Of a stretch of 32,000 nucleotides of DNA, positions 8,579 to 16,712 are shown one piece after another. This DNA comes from an uncultured Eubacteriales bacterium. Lineage in GTDB: Bacteria; Bacillota; Clostridia; Christensenellales; Aristaeellaceae. The position numbers and the translations under genes are program-made. Location: contig CADAHU010000003.1 in assembly GCA_902787835.1 (NCBI GenBank), positions 6,890 through 38,889 on the forward strand, read 5' to 3'. The notes beneath the pieces were generated by a model, which was not told the origin of the DNA, searched no databases, and saw nothing but the letters and a program-made list of their open reading frames with translations. Position 1 is the stretch's first letter, and every line of letters starts with the position of its first letter.

Positions 8579-8708
8579 TGTATTCTGATTGTCCGGGAAC
8601 TCGCTTGACGACCCTGGACGAACAGGCGGAAACAAGTTTGTTTTCCGATTCAACCCGGTTCGCCGGCTGCTTCTTTGCAGCTTTCTTCTCAGAAGAAAGC
8701 GCGTAACC

Positions 8709-9809
8709 TTATCCTTTCAGATCCTCCATGATCTGCTCCACCTGGGCCTTGCGCTCAAAGAGCACGCAGCCGCCGGCGTGGTCCTCCTCCAGCAGATGAC
8801 CCTCCCGCAGCCGCTCAAACAGGCCGGAGGCGATGGCGTCCTTGAGGGAGGTATCCTTCACATTGATATCGGAGTAGGGGGAGAAGGGGCAGGGCTCCGC
8901 GCCGCCGTGGCTGTTGATGTGGAAGAACCCGCGCCCTGCCGCCAGGCAGCCGCCGATGTCCTTTTCATCCCCGGGGAAGGAGATGAACAGCATTTCCGGC
9001 CGCTGCCGGCGCAGCGCATTCAGCTTTTCCCGCAGGAAATCGCGCTCTTTGTCGCCCGGAGCCAGGTGCTTGCTTTCCTCGGTGACAGGCACGTATTCGA
9101 TATAGAAAACCACCTTGCAGCCCCGTGCCGCCAGGGAATCCAGGAAGGCGTCGGACACCGATTCCTGCATATTTTCGGTGGTGGCGGTCACCGACGCGCC
9201 GAAGATCAGCCCCCGGCGGTTCAGCTCGTCCATGTTTTTGATCAGCTTTTCATACACCCCGGGGCTGCGGCGGGCGTCGGTCTCCGCCTTGCCGCCCTCG
9301 ATGCTCATCACCGGCAGCAGGTTGCGGCATTTGTCCAGCAGCTCAAAGTATTCCGCGTCCATAAAGGTGCCGTTGGTAAAGATGGGGAACAGGATATTCT
9401 GCCGCTTGCCCGCCGCTGTGATGATATCCCGGCGCAGCATGGGCTCGCCGCCCGCCAGCAGGATAAAGCTGACGCCCAGATCATCGGCTTCCTCAAAAAT
9501 GCGCAGCCATTCCTCGCTGGTCAGCTGCTGGGTGGGCGCGCAGTCCATCGTGGCGTGGTTGCTGCGGCTGTAGCAGCCCGCGCAGTGCAGGTTGCAGCTG
9601 CTGGTGATGCTGCAGATCAGGAAGGGCGGCACGTGCAGGCCCTCCTTTTCCTGCTTGGCGCGCAGGCGGCTGGCCTTGGCGCTGGCCAGGCCAAACCTGG
9701 CCATAAAGGCGCTCTCCCGGGGATTTTTAAGGGTGGCGCGCATGGCGTCGCGCACCAGATCCTCAATGCCGTGCTTCATATACTCCTGTACGCGGAAAGT
9801 GTCGGACAT
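8709..9809 (-). CDS. radical SAM enzyme of unknown function (366 aa)
   Basis: CX3CX2C cluster motif in ITSSCNLHCAGCYSR, followed by the GGEP motif (LLAGGEPMLRRD). The C-terminal region has three further Cys residues (GGCLAAG, EPCPF, AGGCVLF), suggesting an auxiliary or twitch-like cluster. I chose Met31 of the track ORF because AAGGAGG precedes it (plus-strand cctcctt, 9816-9822). The longer form would overlap the upstream gene by about 80 nt. Confidence 0.85.
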   Translation of the reverse strand: MSDTFRVQEYMKHGIEDLVRDAMRATLKNPRESAFMARFGLASAKASRLRAKQEKEGLHVPPFLICSITSSCNLHCAGCYSRSNHATMDCAPTQQLTSEEWLRIFEEADDLGVSFILLAGGEPMLRRDIITAAGKRQNILFPIFTNGTFMDAEYFELLDKCRNLLPVMSIEGGKAETDARRSPGVYEKLIKNMDELNRRGLIFGASVTATTENMQESVSDAFLDSLAARGCKVVFYIEYVPVTEESKHLAPGDKERDFLREKLNALRRQRPEMLFISFPGDEKDIGGCLAAGRGFFHINSHGGAEPCPFSPYSDINVKDTSLKDAIASGLFERLREGHLLEEDHAGGCVLFERKAQVEQIMEDLKG

Positions 9810-9820
9810 GGGCGGCCTCC

Positions 9821-11293
9821 TTATTCGGTCTTTTCGATATCCAGGGTAATATCCCGGCAGTGCTTCAGATGGATGGAAGCGTCCGGGTTCAAGGCGCATT
9901 GAATAAAGCGCATATGGGCGGCTTCATAGCCGGGCACATCAAAGCCCGAAAGATCGATGCCCGCTACGGGGTGATCCTCTTTTTCCCAGTAATCCCGGGC
10001 CCAGCCGGTCAGGCGCACCCGCTCGCAGGTAAAATCGCTGAACACCGGCGGCACGTCGGAGCCCTCGCCGTCATCGTTGTACAGCACGGCGCAGGCCAGG
10101 AAGCGGGAGAGCACCGAATCGCGCACGGAGATGTTTTTTACGTATCCGCCGCGCTTTTTGGTGCCCTTGATCTGCACGCCATAGAGGGAATGGGCCAGAT
10201 CGCAGTGCCAGATCTTTACATTCTCCACGCCGCCGCTCATCTCGCTGCCGATGGCCACGCCCAGGCCATACTCGCTCTGGCAGTCGAACACGCGGATATT
10301 GCGGGTGGGCCGGGCAATGCGGTTGCCCTCCGGGTTTTTGCCGCTCTTGATGGCCACGGAGTCATCCCCGGTGTGGAACTGGCTGGCAAACAGCGTGCAG
10401 TCTTCACTGCTGTCCGGGTCCCAGCCGTCGCCGTTCCATACGCCCTCGGAGCGGAACACGCAGTGATCGGTGACGATGTTTTTGCTGTATACCATGTGCA
10501 CGTTCCAGCTGGCGCCGTTCTCCAGCGTCAGGCCGGTGATGCGCACGTTTTCGCAGTTGCTCAGGTTAATCAGCCGTCCCCGGGCACGCCCGGCGATGGT
10601 GTGGTCGTTCTCGTATTCCTTGATTTTGTCGCCCAGGCTTTCGATGTACGCCCTGAGCCGCCGCTGCTCGGCGTCGATGATGTTCAGCGCCAGGGGCTGG
10701 CCGCCGCCGCAAATGGTGCCCTCGCCGTAGATCAGCACGTTGCGGCAGTTGGGCCCGGCGGCGTGGTTCAGTTCGCCCAGGTTCAGCAGGCTCTGGTAGC
10801 ATTCCTGCTCCGTGCCCTCAAACCGGCTGCGGATCTTGGGCAGGTAATCGGCGGGATCCTCGGTGCCCAGCAGCACGGCGTCCTTCTCCAGCCGCAGCGC
10901 CATATCGCTGTGCATTTTCAGCGCGCCGGTGCGGTATACGCCCGCGGGCAGCACCACCTCCTGCTCCTTGCCGCAGGCGTCGATGGCCCGCTGCAGGGCG
11001 GCGGTGTTCAGCGTTTTGCCGTCGCCCACCGCGCCGAAATCGGCGGCGTTCAGCGGCTCGCGCGCGGCGGCGGTGGCGGCGTCCAGCGCGCCCAGCGTCC
11101 GCCCCACGGCGGACAGCGTAAAATGATAGGCGGCGGCTGCATCCAGCCCGGTGAAGGCGCAATGGGTGCGGTCGCTTTCCTTGGGGGCCTGGCCATCCAG
11201 GCAGGCGGTGTACACAAGCCCCGCGGGGGAATTCTCGGGCTGATCCCACCAGAAGGTCAGGGTGTGGGCGGTGGCGGCATAAAAAATCTGCAT
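9821..11293 (-). CDS. glycoside hydrolase family 28 (exo-polygalacturonase-like), no signal peptide, with an N-terminal FN3-like domain
   Basis: GH28 motifs: NGDGWDPDSSED, HTGDDSVAIKSG, GVAIGSEMSGG. A pectate-lyase-type start, FGAVGDGKTLNTAALQRAIDAC, follows an approximately 75-aa beta-rich N-domain. The N-terminus MQIFYAATAHTL lacks a signal peptide. Confidence 0.85.
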   Translation of the reverse strand: MQIFYAATAHTLTFWWDQPENSPAGLVYTACLDGQAPKESDRTHCAFTGLDAAAAYHFTLSAVGRTLGALDAATAAAREPLNAADFGAVGDGKTLNTAALQRAIDACGKEQEVVLPAGVYRTGALKMHSDMALRLEKDAVLLGTEDPADYLPKIRSRFEGTEQECYQSLLNLGELNHAAGPNCRNVLIYGEGTICGGGQPLALNIIDAEQRRLRAYIESLGDKIKEYENDHTIAGRARGRLINLSNCENVRITGLTLENGASWNVHMVYSKNIVTDHCVFRSEGVWNGDGWDPDSSEDCTLFASQFHTGDDSVAIKSGKNPEGNRIARPTRNIRVFDCQSEYGLGVAIGSEMSGGVENVKIWHCDLAHSLYGVQIKGTKKRGGYVKNISVRDSVLSRFLACAVLYNDDGEGSDVPPVFSDFTCERVRLTGWARDYWEKEDHPVAGIDLSGFDVPGYEAAHMRFIQCALNPDASIHLKHCRDITLDIEKTE

Positions 11294-11437
11294 AGCAATA
11301 AACCTCTCCGGCTGTATTTTCTTGAATTATAGCATGCGCACAGGATAAATAACAAGGAACAGAAGCTAATAAAAGGAAAAAAACATCGCACGTCGAAAGA
11401 TTTACCGTATATTTTATCGTCAAGGAGGCTTTCTGCC
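11294..11437. promoter_or_regulatory. AT-rich divergent promoter region between GH28 and GH105
   Basis: This is the only strongly AT-rich stretch in the neighbourhood. A plus-strand candidate is TTGAAT (11322-11327), 17 nt, ATAAAT (11345-11350). RBS GGAGG at 11424-11428 serves GH105 and GGAGAGG (minus strand) serves GH28. No operator was recognised. Confidence 0.4.
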
Positions 11438-12523
11438 ATGATGACCCTGCTGGATTATGCCCGCGCCGCCTGCGATACCATGATGCGGCGCTACGCCCCG
11501 GAGCAGCTGCCGCCCGAGGGACGCTTCCATTATCACCAGGGCGTGTTCCTCTCGGGCATGTACCAAACCTATCTGCTCACGGGCGAGGAAAAGTATTTTG
11601 ATTATATCAAAGCCTGGGTGGATTCGGTATTCGACGCGGAGGGGAAGATCAAGCATTATATCCATGCCGATCTGGACGATATCATGCCGGGAATATTGCT
11701 TTTCCCGCTGCTGGAGCGCACCGGCGATCCCTTTTACCGCGCCTGCCTGCAATCGGTGTATCAGCAGGTGTTGGATATCCCGCGCAACCCGGAGGGCGGC
11801 TACTGGCACAAGACCACGCTGCGGGATCAGATGTGGCTGGACGGCCTGTACATGGCCGGGCCCTTCTGCGCGGAATACGGCAAGCGCTTCAATTTGCCGG
11901 AGCTGCAGCGGGATACGGTGCATCAGGCGCTGCTGATGCGGGAAAAGACCCGGGATGATAAGACCGGCCTGCTCTACCACGCCTGGGACGGCGCGGGGGA
12001 AGCGCCCTGGGCCGATCCGGTCACGGGCCGCGCGCCGGAGTTCTGGGGCCGCTCCATGGGCTGGGTGCCCGTGGCGCTGCTGAATGAGCTGGATCATTTG
12101 GCGGAGGATGTGCCGGGCCGGGAGCAGGTGATCGCTATGGCGGCCGATCTGCTGCGGGCGCTGTGCCATTTCCAGTCCGGGGACGGGCGTTGGTATCAGG
12201 TGGTGGATAAGGGCGACCGGCCGGAAAACTGGCTGGAAAACAGCTGCTCCTGCCTGTATGTGGCGGGGCTGTGCAAGGCCATGCGCCGGGGCTTCCTGCC
12301 CGACGATTACGCCGAGAACGCCCGCCGCGGCTATGAAGGGGTCGTGCGCTCCCTGACCTGGGAGGGCCCCGATATCCAGATCGGCAACGTTTGCGTCGGC
12401 ACCGGCGTGGGCGATTATGCCTTCTACTGCGGCCGTCCCACCCGCGCCAACGATCTGCACGGCGTGGGCGCGTTCCTGATCATGTGCACCGAGATGCATC
12501 AGTGGGAAGCGGCGCTGAAGTGA
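11438..12523 (+). CDS. glycoside hydrolase family 105 (unsaturated rhamnogalacturonyl / galacturonyl hydrolase, YteR/YesR-like)
   Basis: Motifs of the YteR family (Pfam Glyco_hydro_88): HYHQGVFL, DDIMPG, WLDGLYMAGPF, LLYHAWD, FWGRSMGW. No signal peptide. Confidence 0.85.
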   Translation: MMTLLDYARAACDTMMRRYAPEQLPPEGRFHYHQGVFLSGMYQTYLLTGEEKYFDYIKAWVDSVFDAEGKIKHYIHADLDDIMPGILLFPLLERTGDPFYRACLQSVYQQVLDIPRNPEGGYWHKTTLRDQMWLDGLYMAGPFCAEYGKRFNLPELQRDTVHQALLMREKTRDDKTGLLYHAWDGAGEAPWADPVTGRAPEFWGRSMGWVPVALLNELDHLAEDVPGREQVIAMAADLLRALCHFQSGDGRWYQVVDKGDRPENWLENSCSCLYVAGLCKAMRRGFLPDDYAENARRGYEGVVRSLTWEGPDIQIGNVCVGTGVGDYAFYCGRPTRANDLHGVGAFLIMCTEMHQWEAALK

Positions 12524-12572
12524 AAAATCAGGATTTGACGGGGAGGGGAACGTTGGGCTTCCGCAGCCCAGA

Positions 12573-12740
12573 CCGGGGCCTTCCGGCCCGCCCTCCGCTG
12601 AAAACCGGCCCAAGGGCAGGTTTTCCGGGCGCTACGGGCCCGGGAACGTTTGCAGGCGTTAAAGCCTGTTGGTGGAAATCCAGCAGCATTTACGGCGACA
12701 AAGCAGGTTTTCTGCTTCTCTTTTGACTCAAAAGAGAAGC
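12573..12740. repeat. structured repeat, copy B (inverted relative to copy A): 88-nt core plus one hairpin module
   Basis: 12573-12660 matches the reverse complement of 8391-8478 at 85 of 88 positions. The flanks are colinear but diverged (aaagccNgttggNggaaa, acggcgacaaa). It ends in a perfect 12-bp/3-nt hairpin, gcttctcttttg-act-caaaagagaagc (12714-12740). That hairpin occupies the same position as the copy A hairpin but has a different stem sequence. Confidence 0.9.
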
Positions 12741-12806
12741 GTATCCCTTTTCCACAAATCCTAATTTGCTGGCTTATAAATGATCACAGGATAAAGCTGC
12801 TCGCCG

Positions 12807-14993
12807 TCAGCCCTTCTTTTCGTAAACGATCGGCATCCGGGCGGAGGGGGCGTCCGCGCCAGTGGGGGTGAAGGTCAAATTGCCGTCGGCCAGGGCCAGG
12901 GTACCGGTACTGCCCTTTACCTGGCCGTCCTTTAATAACAGCTGAATGATTTTGACGTTGAGCTGCGGGCCGCCGCTGCGGGCCAGGCCGTCCTTCCAAA
13001 GGGTAAAATGGCAGCCCTGCTTCCAATTGGAGCAGCCGAAGGCTTTGGTGTTCTCCTGCACCGGCTTGCCGCACAGGGGACAGACCGCGCCCTCAATGGG
13101 CTTGACGGCTGCGGCGCGCTTCGTCCCGCCCTTGCCCCGGCGCATCTCCTCGGGAAAATCGATCTTGGGCGCGTTATCCCGGGCGAACTCCACCAGGAAG
13201 GCGCTCATGCGGCGGATCCCCTGCATAAAACGCTCGGTATCCCGCTGGTTTTTGGCGATCTCATCCAGCGCCAGCTCCCATTTGCCGGTCATCTCCGGGG
13301 AGGCGATCTCCTCGGGGACTACGGCAATGAGCTGCACGCCCTTATCGGTGGCGTTGATGGCGCGGCCCCGGCGCTGGGCGTAGCCCACCTGCAGCAGCCG
13401 CTCGATGATGGCCGCCCGGGTGGCCGGGGTGCCCAGGCCCGCGCCCTTCATGGATTCCCGCAGGGCCTCGTCCTCGATCTCCCGGCCCGCATGCTCCATG
13501 GCGGCCAGCAGGCTGGCGTCGGTGTGCGGCGCCGGGGGCTTGGTGGCGCTCTGCTGCACATCGGCCTTCTTGACCGTGCGCGTATCCCCGGCGGCAAGCG
13601 GCGGCAGGGCGGCGGTATCCTCCTCCTCGTCGGCTTTCTTTTTGCTCCGGGTCTTTTGGGCGGGCTGCTCCTGCTGATAAAGCGCCTTCCAGCCCAGCGC
13701 CTTGACGGCGCGGCCGGTGGAGCGGAAGGCCTCGCCCTCGCAGTCGGTGATCACCCGCAGGGCGTCGTACACGTGGGCGGGGTAGAAGGCCGCCAGCATG
13801 CGCCGCACCACCATATCGTACAGGTTCCGCTCGTCCGGCGGCAGCTTATCCAGCTGCGCTGTTTTGGGCGTGGGCAGCAGCGCGTGATGATCGGATACCT
13901 TGCTGTTATCAAAAATGCGCTTGCTGATATACAGCTTGCCGTCCTCCTTGCGCTCCATGCCGCCCTCCAGGCTGCGGTAGGGCTCGGGCAGGGCCTTCAG
14001 CGTCTGGTACAGCTTGGGGATCATATCCATGGGCAGGTAGCGGCTGTCGGTGCGCGGATAGGTGAGCAGCTTCCATTTTTCGTAGAGCGACTGGGCGAGC
14101 TTCAGCGTTTTATCCGCGGTGAAGCCCAGGGTGCGGTTGGCGTCCCGCTGCAGGCTGGTCAGGTCGTACAGCTGGGGCGGCAGCTCTTTTTTTTCTTCGC
14201 TGGTGGCGCTGCGCACCGTGGCCGGCTTGCCCTTGACCCTGGCGGCCAGCTCGTCAGCCTTCTCCCGGGAAGGAATGCGGTTGGCGGTTTTTTCTTCCTC
14301 CGCCTTTTCATCAAACCATTGGCCGGTATAATCGCCAAAATCCGCGGTGACGGTGTAATACTCCACCGGCTTGAAATCCTCGATCTCCCTGCGGCGCTTG
14401 ACCAGGATGTTCAGCGTGGGCGTCTGCACCCGGCCGATGCTCAGCAGCGCGTTATAGCGCAGGGTAAATGCGCGGCTGGCGTTCATGCCCACCAGCCAGT
14501 CGGCCTCGCTGCGGCAAACCGCGCTTTTGCGCAGGCCCTCGTATTCGCTGTCAGGCTTGATTTGCTCGAACCCCTCCCGGATGGCCTCGTCGGTCATGGA
14601 GGAGATCCACAGCCGGTCCACGGGCTTTTTGCATTTGGCCTGATCGTAAATATAATGGAAGATCAGTTCGCCCTCGCGCCCGGCGTCGGTGGCGCAGATC
14701 ACGCGCTCGGTCTCCTTGTCGTTGATCAGCTTTTTGATCACGCCAAACTGCTTTTTGGTTTTGCTGATCACCTTGGTGGGGATATCCGCCGGCAGGATGG
14801 GCAGATCGTCCATGCGCCATTTTTTATATTTTTCATCGATCTCGTCGGGCTCGCACAGGGTAACCAGGTGCCCGATGGCCCAGGTGACGGTGTACTTTTC
14901 CCCGACGATGCAGCCATCGCCGCTTTGCCTGCACCCCAGCACCCGGGCGATATCCCGCCCCACGCTGGGCTTCTCGGCTACGATTACGATCAT
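12807..14993 (-). CDS. topB: DNA topoisomerase III
   Basis: Toprim start MIVIVAEKPSVGRDIA, acidic motif TDAGREGE, active-site tyrosine motif LLTYPRTDSRYL. C-terminal zinc ribbon CPLCGKPV...FGCSNWKQGCHFTLWK. Confidence 0.95.
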   Translation of the reverse strand: MIVIVAEKPSVGRDIARVLGCRQSGDGCIVGEKYTVTWAIGHLVTLCEPDEIDEKYKKWRMDDLPILPADIPTKVISKTKKQFGVIKKLINDKETERVICATDAGREGELIFHYIYDQAKCKKPVDRLWISSMTDEAIREGFEQIKPDSEYEGLRKSAVCRSEADWLVGMNASRAFTLRYNALLSIGRVQTPTLNILVKRRREIEDFKPVEYYTVTADFGDYTGQWFDEKAEEEKTANRIPSREKADELAARVKGKPATVRSATSEEKKELPPQLYDLTSLQRDANRTLGFTADKTLKLAQSLYEKWKLLTYPRTDSRYLPMDMIPKLYQTLKALPEPYRSLEGGMERKEDGKLYISKRIFDNSKVSDHHALLPTPKTAQLDKLPPDERNLYDMVVRRMLAAFYPAHVYDALRVITDCEGEAFRSTGRAVKALGWKALYQQEQPAQKTRSKKKADEEEDTAALPPLAAGDTRTVKKADVQQSATKPPAPHTDASLLAAMEHAGREIEDEALRESMKGAGLGTPATRAAIIERLLQVGYAQRRGRAINATDKGVQLIAVVPEEIASPEMTGKWELALDEIAKNQRDTERFMQGIRRMSAFLVEFARDNAPKIDFPEEMRRGKGGTKRAAAVKPIEGAVCPLCGKPVQENTKAFGCSNWKQGCHFTLWKDGLARSGGPQLNVKIIQLLLKDGQVKGSTGTLALADGNLTFTPTGADAPSARMPIVYEKKG

Positions 14994-15448
14994 CCGTTTT
15001 CTCCAGTCATTAAAACAAACTCAATTTCGCGCAGCGTTTCGCTCAGCGCGTGCGCTTTGCCCGTGGGCCGAAAGCCGTATCGCTCGTACAGCCGCCGCGC
15101 GCCGTCATTATTATTCAGGATCCACAGCGTGGGCGCGCCCGCGCACTTGTTGACCGCGAACGCCAGCAGCGCGCTGCCATAGCCGCGGTTTTGGCATTCC
15201 GGCAGCACGTACAGATCCTCGATCAGGCTGCCGGCGACCGATACGATGCCCGCCGGCTCCGGATCGGCGAGCAGATAGACCTGCGCGCCGCGGACCATTT
15301 TATTCGAGAGATACTTCCTTTGCCGCTCCGGCGTATGCAGCGCGATAAAATCCGGCGCGCAGAAGGATCTGTGCGATTCCTGCCAGGAGCGGGCGTGGAT
15401 CCGCGCCGCTGTATCCAGGCTTTTTTCGTCCACTGCCGTTATTTTCAT
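14990..15448 (-). CDS. GNAT-family N-acetyltransferase
   Basis: 152 aa. Acetyl-CoA motif A LPECQNRGYGSALL, and the C-terminal ARRLYERYGF. ATGA overlaps at both ends, with prfA upstream and topB downstream. Confidence 0.85.
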   Translation of the reverse strand: MKITAVDEKSLDTAARIHARSWQESHRSFCAPDFIALHTPERQRKYLSNKMVRGAQVYLLADPEPAGIVSVAGSLIEDLYVLPECQNRGYGSALLAFAVNKCAGAPTLWILNNNDGARRLYERYGFRPTGKAHALSETLREIEFVLMTGENG

Positions 15449-16515
15449 CCCAGCGCCTTCAGCTTTTCCGCCTGATCCTCCACGGTCAGGGCATCGATGA
15501 TCTCGTCCAAATCGCCGTCCACAATGGCGTCGATCTTGTACAGCGTCAGTCCCACCCGGTGGTCGGTCACCCGGCCCTGGGGGAAGTTATAGGTGCGGAT
15601 GCGCTCGTTGCGCTCGCCGGTGCCCACCTGGGCCCGGCGGTTTTCCGCATAGGCGCTGTCCGCCTGGCTGCGGTACAGATCATAGAGGCGGCTGGCCAGC
15701 ACCTTCATGGCCTTTTCCTTGTTTTTGAGCTGGCTCTTTTCGTCCTGGCAGGTGACCACCAGGCCGCTGGGCATATGGGTGATGCGCACGGCGCTGTCGG
15801 TGCGGTTGATGTACTGGCCGCCATGGCCGCTGGCGCGGTAGGTATCGATGCGGATATCCTCCTGCCGGATATCCACCTCCACGGTTTCGGCCTCGGGCAG
15901 TACGGCCACGGTGGCGGTGCTGGTGTGGATGCGGCCCCCGGCCTCGGTGACCGGCACCCGCTGGATGCGGTGCACGCCGCTTTCAAATTTGAGGCGGCTG
16001 AAGGCCCCGCGGCCCGCGATGGTGACCACGGCCTCCTTGACGCCGCCCAGCTCCGTATCGCTGATACTGGTGACGGAGGCCTGCCAGCCCCGCCGCTCGG
16101 CGTAACGCATATACATGCGCAGCAGCAGCGCCGCAAACAGGCTGGCCTCCTCGCCGCCCGCCCCGGCGCGCACCTCCAGTATCACGTTGCGCTGGTCGTT
16201 GGGGTCCTGGGGGATCAGGAACAGCTTGAGCCGTTCGGCCGCGTCCCTTTCCTGCTCGGTCAGCTCCCGGACCTCCTCCTTGGCGATATCGCCCATATCC
16301 GGGTCGTCCAGCAGCTCCCGGGCCTCCGCCAGATGAGCGCACAGCCGCTTGTAATCCAGCCATGCGGAAACAGCGGGCTCCAGTTGGGCCCGCTCCCGCA
16401 GCATGGACTGCCAGCTCGGCACGTCCGCCATGATATCCGGCTGCGCCACCGCCTCGCTGAGCTCCTCCAGGCGATTCTGCATCCATTCAAATTTTTCGGC
16501 GTATTTTTCTTCCAT
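15445..16515 (-). CDS. prfA: peptide chain release factor 1
   Basis: GGQ motif (RASGHGGQYINRTDSAVRITH). The RF1-type PVT tripeptide in RIQRVPVTE. Overall RF1 layout of 356 aa. Confidence 0.95.
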   Translation of the reverse strand: MEEKYAEKFEWMQNRLEELSEAVAQPDIMADVPSWQSMLRERAQLEPAVSAWLDYKRLCAHLAEARELLDDPDMGDIAKEEVRELTEQERDAAERLKLFLIPQDPNDQRNVILEVRAGAGGEEASLFAALLLRMYMRYAERRGWQASVTSISDTELGGVKEAVVTIAGRGAFSRLKFESGVHRIQRVPVTEAGGRIHTSTATVAVLPEAETVEVDIRQEDIRIDTYRASGHGGQYINRTDSAVRITHMPSGLVVTCQDEKSQLKNKEKAMKVLASRLYDLYRSQADSAYAENRRAQVGTGERNERIRTYNFPQGRVTDHRVGLTLYKIDAIVDGDLDEIIDALTVEDQAEKLKALG

Positions 16516-16527
16516 GCCGTTCCCCGG

Positions 16528-16695
16528 TTAGTACCGGATCACAAAATAGATCACGTACGCCCAGCTGAGCAGGCCGTGCAGGATGGCCCAGCCCACGGAG
16601 TGCCAGGTGGTGTAGCTGATGACCATGGCCAGGGCGCTGCCGAAGGTGATGCCCGTCTTGATCGAGGTTGAGGCGATTGCTCTTTTATCTTCCAT
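16528..16695 (-). CDS. small membrane protein (55 aa, two predicted TM helices)
   Basis: MEDKRAIASTSIKTGITFGSALAMVISYTTWHSVGWAILHGLLSWAYVIYFVIRY. ATG at 16695-16693 sits 7 nt after GGAGGAAG (plus-strand cttcctcc, 16703-16710), immediately after the lepA stop. The longer track ORF (107 aa) has an artefact-like Arg-rich N-terminus and overlaps lepA. Confidence 0.6.
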   Translation of the reverse strand: MEDKRAIASTSIKTGITFGSALAMVISYTTWHSVGWAILHGLLSWAYVIYFVIRY

Positions 16696-16712
16696 TTTTT
16701 TACTTCCTCCCG

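Noticed and set aside
8709-9809. Radical SAM gene as a viperin-like antiviral enzyme, or as a RiPP or sulfatase maturase.
   Set aside because: No adjacent precursor peptide, sulfatase or nucleotide kinase gene is present. The Cys-rich SPASM region expected for anSME/RiPP maturases is absent. The context is a glycosidase operon. Nothing in the sequence supports a defence role.
8391-12660. Composite transposon or invertible (shufflon-like) segment defined by the inverted 88-nt repeats.
   Set aside because: No transposase, integrase or invertase gene lies inside or next to the segment. No flanking target-site duplication was found. It is kept only as a recombination hypothesis in the findings, not as a mobile-element call.
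12807-14993. topB as a marker of an integrative conjugative element.
   Set aside because: It is overlap-coupled to prfA/GNAT housekeeping genes. No relaxase, type IV secretion, integrase or att-like repeats accompany it.
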